This document shows, in pieces, positions 41,807-52,247 of a stretch of 64,000 nt of DNA. The position numbers and the translations under genes were made by a program. How positions within the stretch are numbered: the first letter of the stretch is position 1; each line of letters starts with the position of its first letter. The notes below the pieces were generated by a model, which was not told the origin of the DNA, ran no database searches, and saw only the letters and a program-made list of their open reading frames with translations. Source of the DNA: an uncultured Acidimicrobiia bacterium (lineage in GTDB: Bacteria > Actinomycetota > Acidimicrobiia > IMCC26256 > JAENVU01); assembly GCA_963701625.1 (NCBI GenBank), contig CAVPAT010000013.1:611215-675214 (forward strand), written 5' to 3'.

Positions 41807-43458
41807 CACGAACCTCCGTGGCGGTAGACCGGTGCCGGCTCCGGATCGAGCGGCGTCGCATCGAGGACGGCGTCGCTCGCCCGCTCGGCCAGCATCATCA
41901 CCGGCGCGTAGATGTTGCCGTTGGTCACGTAGCGCATCGACGACGCGTCGACCACACGCAGCCCGTCGACCCCGTGCACTCGGAACGAATCCGGGTCGAT
42001 GGCGCCCGAGTCCGGCCGACCCAACCGCGCCGTACATGAAGGATGGAGTGCGGTCTCGGCGTCCCGCGCCACCCAGTCGAGGATCTCGGCGTCGGTCTGC
42101 ACCGCCGGACCCGGCGAGAGTTCGCCACCGTCATACGGTGCGAACGCCGGCTGGGCGAGGATCGTGCGGGCCGCCCGCACCGTCTCGATCCATTCCTGCC
42201 GGTCGGTTTCGGTCGAGAGGTAGTTGCACACCATCGCCGGCTTGGTTCGGGGATCGCGGTTCCGGGCGTGGACCGAGCCGCGCGAGTCCGAATACATCGG
42301 TCCCACGTGCACCTGGTAGCCGTGGGCACCCGCGCCGTCGGGGACCGTGCCGTCGTACCGGATCGCGATCGGCAAGAAGTGGAACATGACGTTCGGGTAG
42401 GCGACGTCCTCGTTGCTGCGGATGAAACCGCCGGCCTCGAAGTGGTTCGTCGCCCCCGGGCCCCGGCGGGCCAGCCACTGCAAACCGATGAGCGGTCGCC
42501 GCCACATCGCCAGGTTCGGTGCCATGGAAACCGGCTGCGTGCACGCGTGCTGGATGTAGACCTCGAGGTGATCCTGGAGGTGTTCGCCGACCGCGGGGAC
42601 ATCGGCGAGGACGGGGACGCCGAGCGCGCCGAGCCGATCGGCGTCCCCGATGCCAGAGAGTTCGAGCACCTGCGGGCTGTTGATCGCGCCACCGCAGAGG
42701 ATCACCTCGCCCGCGTCGATCGACTCGAGGGCGCCGCCGCGCACGCGTTCCACCTCGACGCCGACCGCCCGCGTTCCCTCGAACCGCACCTTCGTCGTCA
42801 ACACGCGGGTCCGCACCTCGAGGTTGGGTCGATACATCACCGGGTGGAGGTAGGCGCGCGCCGCACTCAGCCGCCGGCCGCGCCGGATGTTGCGATCGAA
42901 ACGGGCGAAGCCCTCCTGGCGGTACCCGTTGACATCATCGGTGAGCGGGTAACCCGCCTCCTGCACCGCCGCGAAGAACGCGTCGAACAAGGGGCTGGCG
43001 GCCGGTCCCCGTTCCAGCGCGAGCGGCCCTTGACCACCCCGGAAATCGTCGGGCCCGGCGAGGCATGTCTCCATCCGCTTGAAGTAAGGGAGGCAGTGCG
43101 CGTAGCTCCACCGTTCCATGCCGGGATCTGCGGCCCAACGGTCGAAGTCCGCCGGGTTGCCCCGCTGGAAGATCATCCCGTTGATGCTGCTGGAGCCCCC
43201 GAGCACCTTGCCGCGAGCGTGATACACCCGGCGGCCACCCATGTGCGGCTCCGGTTCCGTCTCGTACTTCCAGTCGTAGAAGCGCGAGCCGATCGGAAAG
43301 GAGAACGCCGCCGGCATGTGGATGAACACGTCGAACCGATAGTCGGGTCGACCCGCTTCGAGGACCAGGACCCGATTCGCGGGATCCGCCGAGAGCCGGT
43401 TCGCGAGCACACACCCCGCCGACCCGCCGCCGACGATCACGAAATCGAAGTGCGTCAT
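41806..43458 (-). CDS. betA: choline dehydrogenase (GMC oxidoreductase)
   Basis: 550 aa. [19 protein letters not shown]...[17 protein letters not shown]...[13 protein letters not shown] closely parallels E. coli BetA as I recall it. Confidence 0.88.
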
Positions 43459-43557
43459 TCGCGGACCACCACGTCGGCACCCTAGAGGCGCCGGGATACC
43501 GCAGCACCGTCGGGACCGATCAGTGGGGCAACCGGCAGCTCGCTGGCTCGCCCGCCC

Positions 43558-46500
43558 CTACGACTCGTGGACCACGATCGAACCGTTCGAGATCGGCATC
43601 GTGGCCGCGGCGGCGTCGGGCGCACCGGCCTGGTTGTCGTAGAGCACCTCGCCGGTCGACGATCTTCCAGATCTTGATGCGGAACGTGTCCGGGGTACCG
43701 TCGACCGACCGTCGACCACCGAAACCAGGAACTCGTAGCCCGAGACGCCGTCGACCTGCCCGTCCCCGAGTACACCGCGGCCGACCCGTCGACATTGAGT
43801 CTGGGTGTAGGACGTGGAGTGGAAGTTGAAGCTCGGGTCTCGATCCCATCCGTCGTCGCGGCGTCGGCAGTCGCGCCCTCGACCGTTCCGGCGGTCGTCC
43901 CGCCGGAGCCGGAGTTGGAACTCGGTCTCCCCCTTGGGCGACCGTGTCGGTGACCAGCCTGCGAGCGACGAATCCGAACGACGCCTTGCCACCGTAGTCC
44001 GGATCGCCGGAGTCGTTCGGCGTGTGCGCTCCGTCGGGAGACTCGAACCAACCACCACCGGTCACGAAACCGGGCCCACTCCCGGTGCTGTCGAACACCG
44101 TGACCGCCGAACTCGCGGTACCGGTGACGGATCCGGTGTCGTCGTCGACGACCGTGATCGTGACGGTGTACGTGCCCGAGGCGGTGTAGGTGTGCGCCGC
44201 CGACACCGAGCCGTTCCCGCCCGACTCGGAGACGGTACCCGGCGAACTCGAGGCGTCACCCCAATCGACCGTGGCCATGTGGGTGTCGTTCGAACCCGGG
44301 TCGACGAAGGTCGTCGAGCGCGCTGATGGAGGTACCCACCGGAACCGGTGTGGCCGGCACCGTGACGAGTCCGACGCCGGGCGCGACGTTGGCAATGGTG
44401 ATCGTCGTCGTGTCCGACACGGGCGGGTTGACCCCGTCGTCCGCGGTCAGCGTCGCTGCGATCACCGCATCGTCATTACACGTCAGCGACGGCACCAGCG
44501 TCGCGGTCCCGGACATCGTGCACGAACCACCGGGGTCGATCGTGGTCACGAACGACCACGACAGCGCGAGTGGGTCTCCGTCGTCATCGGTCGCGGCTCC
44601 GGCGAGGGCCAGGGGGTCGCCTTCCTCGCCGGAATAGGGCCCGGCCGCGTCGATCACCGGCGGCGCGTTCACGACAATGACGGTCTCGACCGTCGTCGCT
44701 CCGTTGTCCTTGTCGTTGACGGTCAGCTCCGCGGTGTAGCTCCCTGGCGCGGCGTAGGAGTGCACGCCGGAGGCGGTACCGGAGCCGGCGGTCTCGACCA
44801 CCGATGCCGCATCGATGTTGCCGTCACCCCAGTCGATGGACGCCGACGGATCGTCGTTCACACCCGGGTCGGTAAAGCCGGCCGCGAGAGTGATCGGCGC
44901 GCCGAAGGGTGCCGGGTTCGGGGTCGCGAGCGGCGAGCCGACGGCGGGCGCCGCATTCTCGATCGCGACCGTCGCCGAGTCGACCACCGTCGGATACACC
45001 CCGTCGCCCACGGTGATGGTGACGTCGACAAGGGCATCGTCATCACAAGTGAGCGTGGGGGTCAGCGTGTCAGTGCCGGTGAAGGTGCAGACCGTTCCCG
45101 GGTCAGCGAGCAGCACCGTATGGGTCCAACCGATCAAGAGCGCGTCGGCATCCGGATCCGCCGCGGTCCCGGCCAGGGTGACGCCCGAACCTTCGACCCC
45201 GGTATAGGGGCCACCGGCGCCGGCCGTGGGCGCACCGTTGATCACGACGCCGGTCGTGACCGTGGCGGCGTCGCCATCGTCATCGATCACGGTCACCGTG
45301 ATCGTGAACGTGCCGGACGATCCGTACACGTGGGCGCCGCTCACGGTGCCCGATCCGGCAGTTCCGCCGACCAGGCCCGGCTCAGTGGTGCCGTCGCCCC
45401 AGTCGATCGTGGCGGTGTGCGTGTCGTTCGTGCCGTTGTCACTGAACGCCAGCCCGACCGAGATCGTGCTTCCCTGCGGCGCCGTTTCCGATGACGGCAC
45501 AGCCACCCCGACGAGCGGTTGCGTGTTGCCGACCTGAATGGTCGCCGTCGAGGACACCGGTGCGTTCACCCCGTCGGTCGCCGTCAGCGTCGCGGTGACG
45601 GTCGCGTCGTCGGTGCAGGTCAACGTCGGTGTCAGCGAGCCTGCGCCCGTGGGCAGGCAGACCGTGCCCGGGCCACCGGCGACCGAGAACGACCATGAGA
45701 CGGTCAAGAGGTCGCCGTCCGCGTCGGAGGCCGTTCCTCCGAGCGCAAGCGGTGCACCCTCGAGCCCGACGTATGGACCGCCGGCGTCCACTTCGGGCGC
45801 GCTGTTCACCACGACGGTGGCCGTGCGCTGATCGGTGCCGAGGTCGTCGTCGGTCAGCGTGACGGTGATGGTGTAGATCCCCGCGGTCGCATACGCGTGG
45901 CCGGCCGAGAGCGAGCCCGCACCCGCGGATTCGCTGATCGTTCCCGCGGAGTCCGTCAGATCGCCCCAGTCGACGGACGCAACATGCGTGTCGTTCGTGC
46001 CGTCATCGGTGAAGGGCGCGATCACATTCACCGTCGATCCGGTCGCAATGGGTCCTGCGGTGACCCCGAGCGCGCCCAGGAGCGGCGCCTCGTTGGCGAC
46101 CGCGACCGTCGTCGCCGAGATGGTCGCCGGGTTGATCCCATCCGCCGCGGCCAGCTCGGCCGCAACGACCGCATCGTCGGTACAGGTCAAGCTCGGCGTC
46201 AGCGTCGCGTCGCCGGTCGAGGTACAGCTCGCCCCGGCGTCGAGTGCCCCCGGCGCGAACGTCCAACCGACGGTGAGTGGATCGCCCTCGGGATCGATGG
46301 CCGTCCCCGCGAGGGCCGTCGGCAGGCCCTCGGAACCGGTGTAGGGGCCGCCGGCGTCCGCAGCCGGCGGGCCGTTCACCGTGATCTGCGCCGTCTCGAC
46401 CACCGATGCGCCGTTGTCATCTTCGAGAGTCATCGAGACGGAGTACAGGCCGGGGAGCGCGTACGTGTGCGACACGGATGCGGTCCCGGCGCCCGCGGCT

Positions 46501-47525
46501 TCGGAGACCGACGCGGTCGACGAGGTCGTGTCACCCCACGTCACGGTGGCGGTGTGGGTGTCGTTGCTTCCCGGATCGGTGAACCCCAGACTCACCGACG
46601 CCGCGTCACCCAATGGGACGGGCGCGCCGGGGACGACCAGCGGATCCGAGACCGGGGCCGCGTTGCCGACCGCGACCTGGGCGGTGTGGGTCACGGGCAG
46701 GTTCACGCCGTCGCTGACGCTGACCGTCGCAGTGACGAGTGCGTCGTCGTTGCAGGTCAGGCTCGGATCGAGGGTGCCGGCGCCCGCGAAGGAGCACACC
46801 GTTCCCGGGTCCCCGGTGTGCGTTTCACTCCAGGACACCGACAAAGCAGTTCCCTCGGGGTCGACCGCCGTCGCGCTGAGCGCAACCGGATCGCCTTCGA
46901 ACCCGGCGTACGGGCCACCCGCGTTGACGGTCGGCGGACCGTCGTGCAGCGTGATCACGCGGAACTGGTCGAGACCCGAGGTCGTCCGCAGGGCGGCGAC
47001 GATCGTCCGCTGGTCGACCAGCGTCAGGATATCGGAGCCGGAGGCGTTCCCGAACGTGGTTCCCCGGTCCGCACCGCCGTAGATCGTCGGCGGCACACCG
47101 AGGATGTCGGAGTCCGCGAGCTTCCCGGTTGCGGTGACGATCCCGAGGATGTCCGTGGGGAAGGTCACCGTGAAGTTCCGCTCGATCGTTCCTGTCGCCG
47201 GACCCTGGCCGAGTCGATCGCTGTGGAAGAAGTGGCTGTCGACCACGGTTCCCGCCGGGATCGTGTCCGGGCTCGTGTCACCCGGGTCGTCGTAGACCCC
47301 AGGGGTCCGGATGTCGGTACGCACCGGCGACGCCAACGTCACACCCTGTTGTTCGTCCCATTCGAACACGTCGGTCGCGTGCTCCAACGTGTTCGGCAGT
47401 GCCGACGGGGGCGGTGCGATCGCCTGCACGTCGCCTGAGAGAGAACTCACCGTCGCATCAGCGGTCATCGAGACCGACGAGAGAACGACGAGCGATGCGA
47501 CGACCGCGCCGAAGAACCTACGCAT
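43558..47525 (-). CDS. secreted repeat protein: N-terminal domain + 5 tandem PKD-type double-domain units + C-terminal beta-rich domain (multiple frameshifts at the 3' end)
   Basis: ATG at 47525 after GGAGG, with signal peptide MRRFFGAVVASLVVLSSVSMTADA. The repeats carry GGPYxGxEG ... DPGSNDTHTATVxWGD ... HTY. There is one switch at about 44310. In 43558-44060 at least 5 further frame changes piece together GKASFGFV / PKGETEFQL / FNFHSTSY / GYEFLVSVVDG / DTFRIKIWK / GEVLYDNQ...GSIVVHES. Confidence 0.75.
44084..46919 (-). repeat. five tandem coding repeats, period about 567 bp (189 aa)
   Basis: I counted 189 aa between successive GGPY(A/T/V/S)G motifs in the translation of ORF 44256..47672. 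The units are diverged, not identical. Confidence 0.7.
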
Positions 47526-47599
47526 GACAACCTCCGCCCCGAGGGACCCCTGCTCGGGGTGCAACATAGGGCGCCGATGCCGAGGGCGCAACCGATTGC

Positions 47600-48073
47600 T
47601 CAGCCCATCTGCGCGGCGGCGGCTTGCATCTCCTCGGGGCTGACGTCCCGAATGTGCGTGTGCAACGCCCATTGATGACCGAACGGGTCGGCCACGAGCG
47701 CGGCGCGGTCACCGTAGAACTGGTCCTCGGGTTCCCGCAGCACCGTCGCGCCGGCCTTGCGTGCTTTGGCCACGGCGGCGTCCACATCGGCGACGTATTG
47801 GTGCAAGATCACACTCGTCCCGCCGAGGCGCCGCGGATTCGCGGCGTCGCCGGGCATATCGGGCGGCGCGTCGGCCAGGTACACCGGCGCACCGTTGACC
47901 ATGACCTCGGCGTGGCCGATCGTGCCGTCAGGCATCGCCAGTCGGAACTGCTCCTCGGCGCCGAACGCGGCGACGTAGAAGTCGATTGCAGCCGCCGCGC
48001 CATCGATCATCAGGTAGGGGATGACTCGACCATCGAGCTCCGCAGGGATCGCGTCCACCATGACCCGCTCCAC
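47600..48073 (-). CDS. VOC/glyoxalase-family protein (PhnB-like)
   Basis: 157 aa. VIPYLMIDGAAAAIDFYVAAFGAEE...GHAEVMVNGAPVYLAD...DPFGHQWAL. Confidence 0.75.
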   Translation of the reverse strand: MERVMVDAIPAELDGRVIPYLMIDGAAAAIDFYVAAFGAEEQFRLAMPDGTIGHAEVMVNGAPVYLADAPPDMPGDAANPRRLGGTSVILHQYVADVDAAVAKARKAGATVLREPEDQFYGDRAALVADPFGHQWALHTHIRDVSPEEMQAAAAQMG

Positions 48074-48129
48074 TCGTCGCGAACCGTGGACCGCGAACCT
48101 AGAACACCTCGAACGGTCGGCGCTCGGAT

Positions 48130-50421
48130 TCAGCGTTCGTCAGCAGTACCAGCCGCGATTGCGGGTGCCGCGGCGAGCAACTCGACGATGCGCTCCGCCG
48201 GAACCGGGCGTGAGACGAGGAAGCCCTGACCCCGCTGACACCCTTGGGCGCGGAGTCGCTCGAGCTGGCCCGTTTCCTCGATGCCTTCGGCAAGGGTGCT
48301 CAGGCCCAGGGCATGGGCGAGACCGACCATGGCCTGGATCAGGACCTCCGACTCTCGCGACTGGGTCATCTCCGCGATGAAGGAGCGGTCGATCTTCAGG
48401 GCATCGACGGCAAACTGACGGAGGTAGGCCAGCGAGGAATATCCGGTGCCGAAGTCGTCGATCGCGATCCCGACGCCGAGCGCCCGCAAGGCGATGAGCC
48501 GACGCCCGGTCGACTCGGCGTCTCGCATCAACGCGGTTTCGGTGATCTCGACGAGTAGCGCCGAGCCCTCGAGATCGTTCGCGGCGAGCGCCCCGCGGAC
48601 GTGATCGACCAGGGCCGGGGTGTCGAGCTGGCGCATCGAGACGTTCACCGAGATCGTCAGGTCGAAGCCCGAGCGACGCCAGGCGGCAACCTGACGACAG
48701 GCCTCGTCGAGGACCCACCGACCGACCTCGACGATGAGCCCGGTTTCCTCGAGGAGCGGGACGAAGTCATTGGGGCCGATCAGTCCCCGCTCCGGGTGCT
48801 CCCACCGCAGGAGGGCTTCGACGCCGTACACCTCCATCGTCTGGAGGTCGAACAGCGGTTGGTAGAGCAGGTGGAACTCGTTGTTGGCCAGCGCGGACTG
48901 CAAGTCGATCTTCAGCCCCCGTCGTTGCAGCACAGCCGACTGCATCTCCGGCTCGAACAGGGCGAAACAATCTTTGCCCGAGGCCTTGGCCCGGTAGAGC
49001 GCGATGTCCGCATCGCGCAAGAGTTCTTCGGCTTGCTCCCGGCGCCCGACCGCGACACCGATGCTCGCGGTGATGAGCAGCGGGGAAGCCGCTCGTTCGA
49101 TCACGAACGGCTCGCGCAGGACCTCCTGGAATCTCTCGGCGAGCGTCTCGGGACCGGCCGCGAGCGACAGTCCCTCCGCCAGCACGACGAACTCGTCACC
49201 CCCGAGCCGGCCCACGGTGTCACTGGCTCGCACGGTGGTCCGGAACCGGTCGGCGACCGACCGCAGCAGTTCGTCGCCGGCTTCATGTCCGAGCGTGTCG
49301 TTGACCTCCTTGAAGTTGTCGAGGTCGACGAACATCGCCGCGATCGGCAGCTGCATACGCTCCGCTCGGCACAACATCTGTTGCGCGCGGTCGAGGATCA
49401 GCGTGCGGTTCGCGAGCCCGGTCAGCGGATCGTGCACCGCCTGATGGGCGAGCAACTCCTCGGCCTCCTTCCGATCGGTGATGTCGCGCACGTTCGCGAC
49501 GAAACCACCGACCGACGGGCGCCCCCGAAGGTCGCTGACGGTCGCCTCGCCGACCCGCCAGCCCCCGGTCCCGTCAGCAAGCCGGAACTCGACGGTCCCC
49601 ACTCCCGCGTCCTCGGTGAGCTGAGCCGCGATCTGCAGACTCACCAGCTCACGATCGTCGGGGTGGACCAGGTCAAGCGCAGGTTGGCCCACGATCGCAT
49701 CAAGCGGACGGCCGGCAAGGGCCACCGCGGCTGGGCTCGCATACGTGACGACACCCTGCTCGGACATCACGATCGTCGTATCCGCTGCGTGCTGCACCAG
49801 GGATCGGAATCGATCCTCGCTCGCCCGCATCGAGGCCTCGGCCTCTTCCTTCTGTTCCCACGCCACACCGGCCATGCGAACGACGAACACGAGCACGAAC
49901 GCACCCATCAGGCTGAGCGCGGCCCCATGGGAGTCGGACAAATACGAGGGGAAGATCGACAGGCTGATCCCGAGCTGGCACAGCGCGATTCCGATCAGGC
50001 TCCACAGCATCGTGATCCGCCAGGTGCGCGAACCATCGTGCGCGAGGTTCTCCAACGCGACGAACACAAACGCGCCGGTCAACACCGGTCCCCACCCCGA
50101 CAGGGCGATCACAATGGTGACCGCCGCCGCATGGGTCGCGATCCGCACGTGCAGGAACCCGTCCGCGGGATGCGAGCGATAGGCGACGTCGGCGAGCAGA
50201 CTCGCGATCGGAATCGCGAGGAAGACCGCGAGCCATCCCCACACCGGGACGTCCGCGACCCACCCGTACTGTCGGAGCACCAGGATGAAGACGAGCGACA
50301 CCGGCCCCATCGCGTAGCCGAGCAGGTACGCGGACAGTCGACGGTGCGAAACAGTGGGGCGACGCGGTGACGCCATTGCCCCCGGCGCCACGTTCGATTC
50401 GTCCACCACGGCTTCGTGCAT
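48130..50421 (-). CDS. membrane sensor PAS-GGDEF-EAL protein (c-di-GMP turnover)
   Basis: 763 aa. About 6 N-terminal TM helices and a PAS-like segment. GGDEF domain (RLGGDEFVVL). EAL domain (VEALLRWEHP, ELEITE-type VEITE, DDFGTGYSSLAYL). Confidence 0.9.
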   Translation of the reverse strand: MHEAVVDESNVAPGAMASPRRPTVSHRRLSAYLLGYAMGPVSLVFILVLRQYGWVADVPVWGWLAVFLAIPIASLLADVAYRSHPADGFLHVRIATHAAAVTIVIALSGWGPVLTGAFVFVALENLAHDGSRTWRITMLWSLIGIALCQLGISLSIFPSYLSDSHGAALSLMGAFVLVFVVRMAGVAWEQKEEAEASMRASEDRFRSLVQHAADTTIVMSEQGVVTYASPAAVALAGRPLDAIVGQPALDLVHPDDRELVSLQIAAQLTEDAGVGTVEFRLADGTGGWRVGEATVSDLRGRPSVGGFVANVRDITDRKEAEELLAHQAVHDPLTGLANRTLILDRAQQMLCRAERMQLPIAAMFVDLDNFKEVNDTLGHEAGDELLRSVADRFRTTVRASDTVGRLGGDEFVVLAEGLSLAAGPETLAERFQEVLREPFVIERAASPLLITASIGVAVGRREQAEELLRDADIALYRAKASGKDCFALFEPEMQSAVLQRRGLKIDLQSALANNEFHLLYQPLFDLQTMEVYGVEALLRWEHPERGLIGPNDFVPLLEETGLIVEVGRWVLDEACRQVAAWRRSGFDLTISVNVSMRQLDTPALVDHVRGALAANDLEGSALLVEITETALMRDAESTGRRLIALRALGVGIAIDDFGTGYSSLAYLRQFAVDALKIDRSFIAEMTQSRESEVLIQAMVGLAHALGLSTLAEGIEETGQLERLRAQGCQRGQGFLVSRPVPAERIVELLAAAPAIAAGTADER

Positions 50422-50532
50422 CAGGTTCCCTCACCCAGGCTCTGACCTGGTGTTTCGTCGTCGCATCCCGTGTGCTTGAGGCTGGGGCGCCCGGGCTAGA
50501 TTCCGGCCCTTCTGGCCGACGACGGAGGTACG

Positions 50533-52164
50533 GTGCGAGCCCTCAGAGCGCTTTTGCTCCTACTTGTCGCGATTGCGCTCGCCGGCGCCGCCTGCTCATC
50601 GACCGAGGCGACCGACGCGAGTTCCGGTGCCGGTGCACCGGCACCGGCCGCGACTCCCGCCGGGAAGTGCGATATCGAGCGGCCTGCACCACCGGAGGTC
50701 GAGCCGGTCGCCGGCGTCGAGGGCGACTACACGATGACTTCGTTCGACGGCACCGAGATCCGACTCCACTGGTACCCGCTCGACCGTGAAGCCCCCACGA
50801 TCCTGATGGGCCCGGGCTGGAGCCAGCCCGGCGCGACCAAGGACAGCGGCACCGGGCTCTTCGGCGACTCCCCGATCAGCGTGCTCCAGGAGCAGGACTA
50901 CCACGTCCTCACGTGGGACCCGCGGGGCTTCGGCGAATCGACCGGCACGATCACCGTCGACAGCGCAACCGCGGAAGGCAAGGACGTTCAGCGCATCGTC
51001 GACTGGGTGGCCACCCGACCCGGGGTCCAACTCGACCGCCCCGGCGACCCGCGCTTCGGCATGGTCGGCGGTTCCTATGGTGGCGGCATCCAGCTCATCA
51101 CTGCGGCAATCGACTGCCGCGTGGACGCCATCGTTCCGACGATCGCGTGGCACTCTCTCAGCACCAGCCTGTACAAGGCCGGCACGGTCAAGCTCGGATG
51201 GTCGCAGCTGCTCTACACCGCCGCCGCGGGGCGGAACCTCGACCCGCACATCACCTCCGCGTACGAGTCCGGCCGCGACCGGGGCGTCGTCGCACCCGAG
51301 GATCGACGATGGTTCCGGTCCCGCGGCCCCGACGCGCTGGTACGCCGGATCACCGCGCCGACGCTGTTCATCCAGGGAACCGTGGACACCCTGTTCACCC
51401 TTGATGAAGCCGTGACCAACTACGGCATCCTTCGGGACGAGAAGGTACCGACCTCGATGCTCTGGTATTGCGGGGGCCACGGCGTCTGTCTGGCTGACCC
51501 GGGCGACGAAGCACGCGTCGCCGAAGCCACCAACGTATGGCTGCGGCGCTACCTCCGTGGCGACACCGCGACCGATACCGGCCCGCGCGTCGAAGTCCTC
51601 GACCAACGCGGCGACCGGTACACCGCGACCGACTGGCCCATCGCGACGGCAATGCGCCTGCGCGCCGAGGGTTCGGGCAGCCTGGAACTCGTCGAGAACG
51701 GCGGTGCCGGTCCCGCCACGCCGAAGACCGGGTCGACGAATCCGATTGGGAGCGCGGCTGCAGGCATCACGCCGGCACGAGCGGAGAACGCCGTCAACGT
51801 CGAGATCCGGGCCACGAGCGCCGGGACCAGCGTCGGCGCCCCGCGTCTCACGATCGTCTACTCGGGCACTACCCCTCCCGGCGATCGACCGACCCGCGTC
51901 TTCGCCCAACTCGTCGACGACGAGACCGGCCTGGTCCTCGGCAACCAGATCACGCCGATCCCGGTGGTCCTCGACGGAGCGACGCACCGACTGCGGATCC
52001 CCCTCGAGATGATCGGCCACACCTTCGCCGAGGGACAGTCGGTGACGCTGCAGATCGTCGGGAACACCGTCGCGTATGCACCACCGCGATTCGGTGGCGC
52101 GATCGAGTTCACGAAGATCGCGATCGAACTTCCCATCGCCAAGGGGCTCACGCCGGTCGACTGA
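50533..52164 (+). CDS. CocE/NonD (S15) family serine hydrolase, lipoprotein
   Basis: GTG start; lipobox LAGAAC. GWSQPG...DPRGFGESTG...GGSYGG nucleophile elbow. C-terminal beta-sandwich-like region. Confidence 0.7.
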   Translation: MRALRALLLLLVAIALAGAACSSTEATDASSGAGAPAPAATPAGKCDIERPAPPEVEPVAGVEGDYTMTSFDGTEIRLHWYPLDREAPTILMGPGWSQPGATKDSGTGLFGDSPISVLQEQDYHVLTWDPRGFGESTGTITVDSATAEGKDVQRIVDWVATRPGVQLDRPGDPRFGMVGGSYGGGIQLITAAIDCRVDAIVPTIAWHSLSTSLYKAGTVKLGWSQLLYTAAAGRNLDPHITSAYESGRDRGVVAPEDRRWFRSRGPDALVRRITAPTLFIQGTVDTLFTLDEAVTNYGILRDEKVPTSMLWYCGGHGVCLADPGDEARVAEATNVWLRRYLRGDTATDTGPRVEVLDQRGDRYTATDWPIATAMRLRAEGSGSLELVENGGAGPATPKTGSTNPIGSAAAGITPARAENAVNVEIRATSAGTSVGAPRLTIVYSGTTPPGDRPTRVFAQLVDDETGLVLGNQITPIPVVLDGATHRLRIPLEMIGHTFAEGQSVTLQIVGNTVAYAPPRFGGAIEFTKIAIELPIAKGLTPVD

Positions 52165-52247
52165 ACCGCATCCCCCTGGTGGTGAATTTGTCCGGAGCGG
52201 GTAGAGTCGACCGTTCTCGATACGAGTGTCACGCTGGGGAGCGAACC

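Noticed and set aside
44084-46919. Regularly spaced repeats that might be mistaken for a CRISPR or satellite array
   Set aside because: The period is about 567 bp and the region is fully coding. The units are diverged and have no spacer/repeat architecture. They are protein-domain repeats.
44190-47438. Two long plus-strand ORFs (434 aa and 513 aa) rich in R/G/D/V
   Set aside because: They are antisense shadows of the PKD-repeat gene. Their apparent internal repetition only mirrors the coding repeats on the other strand.
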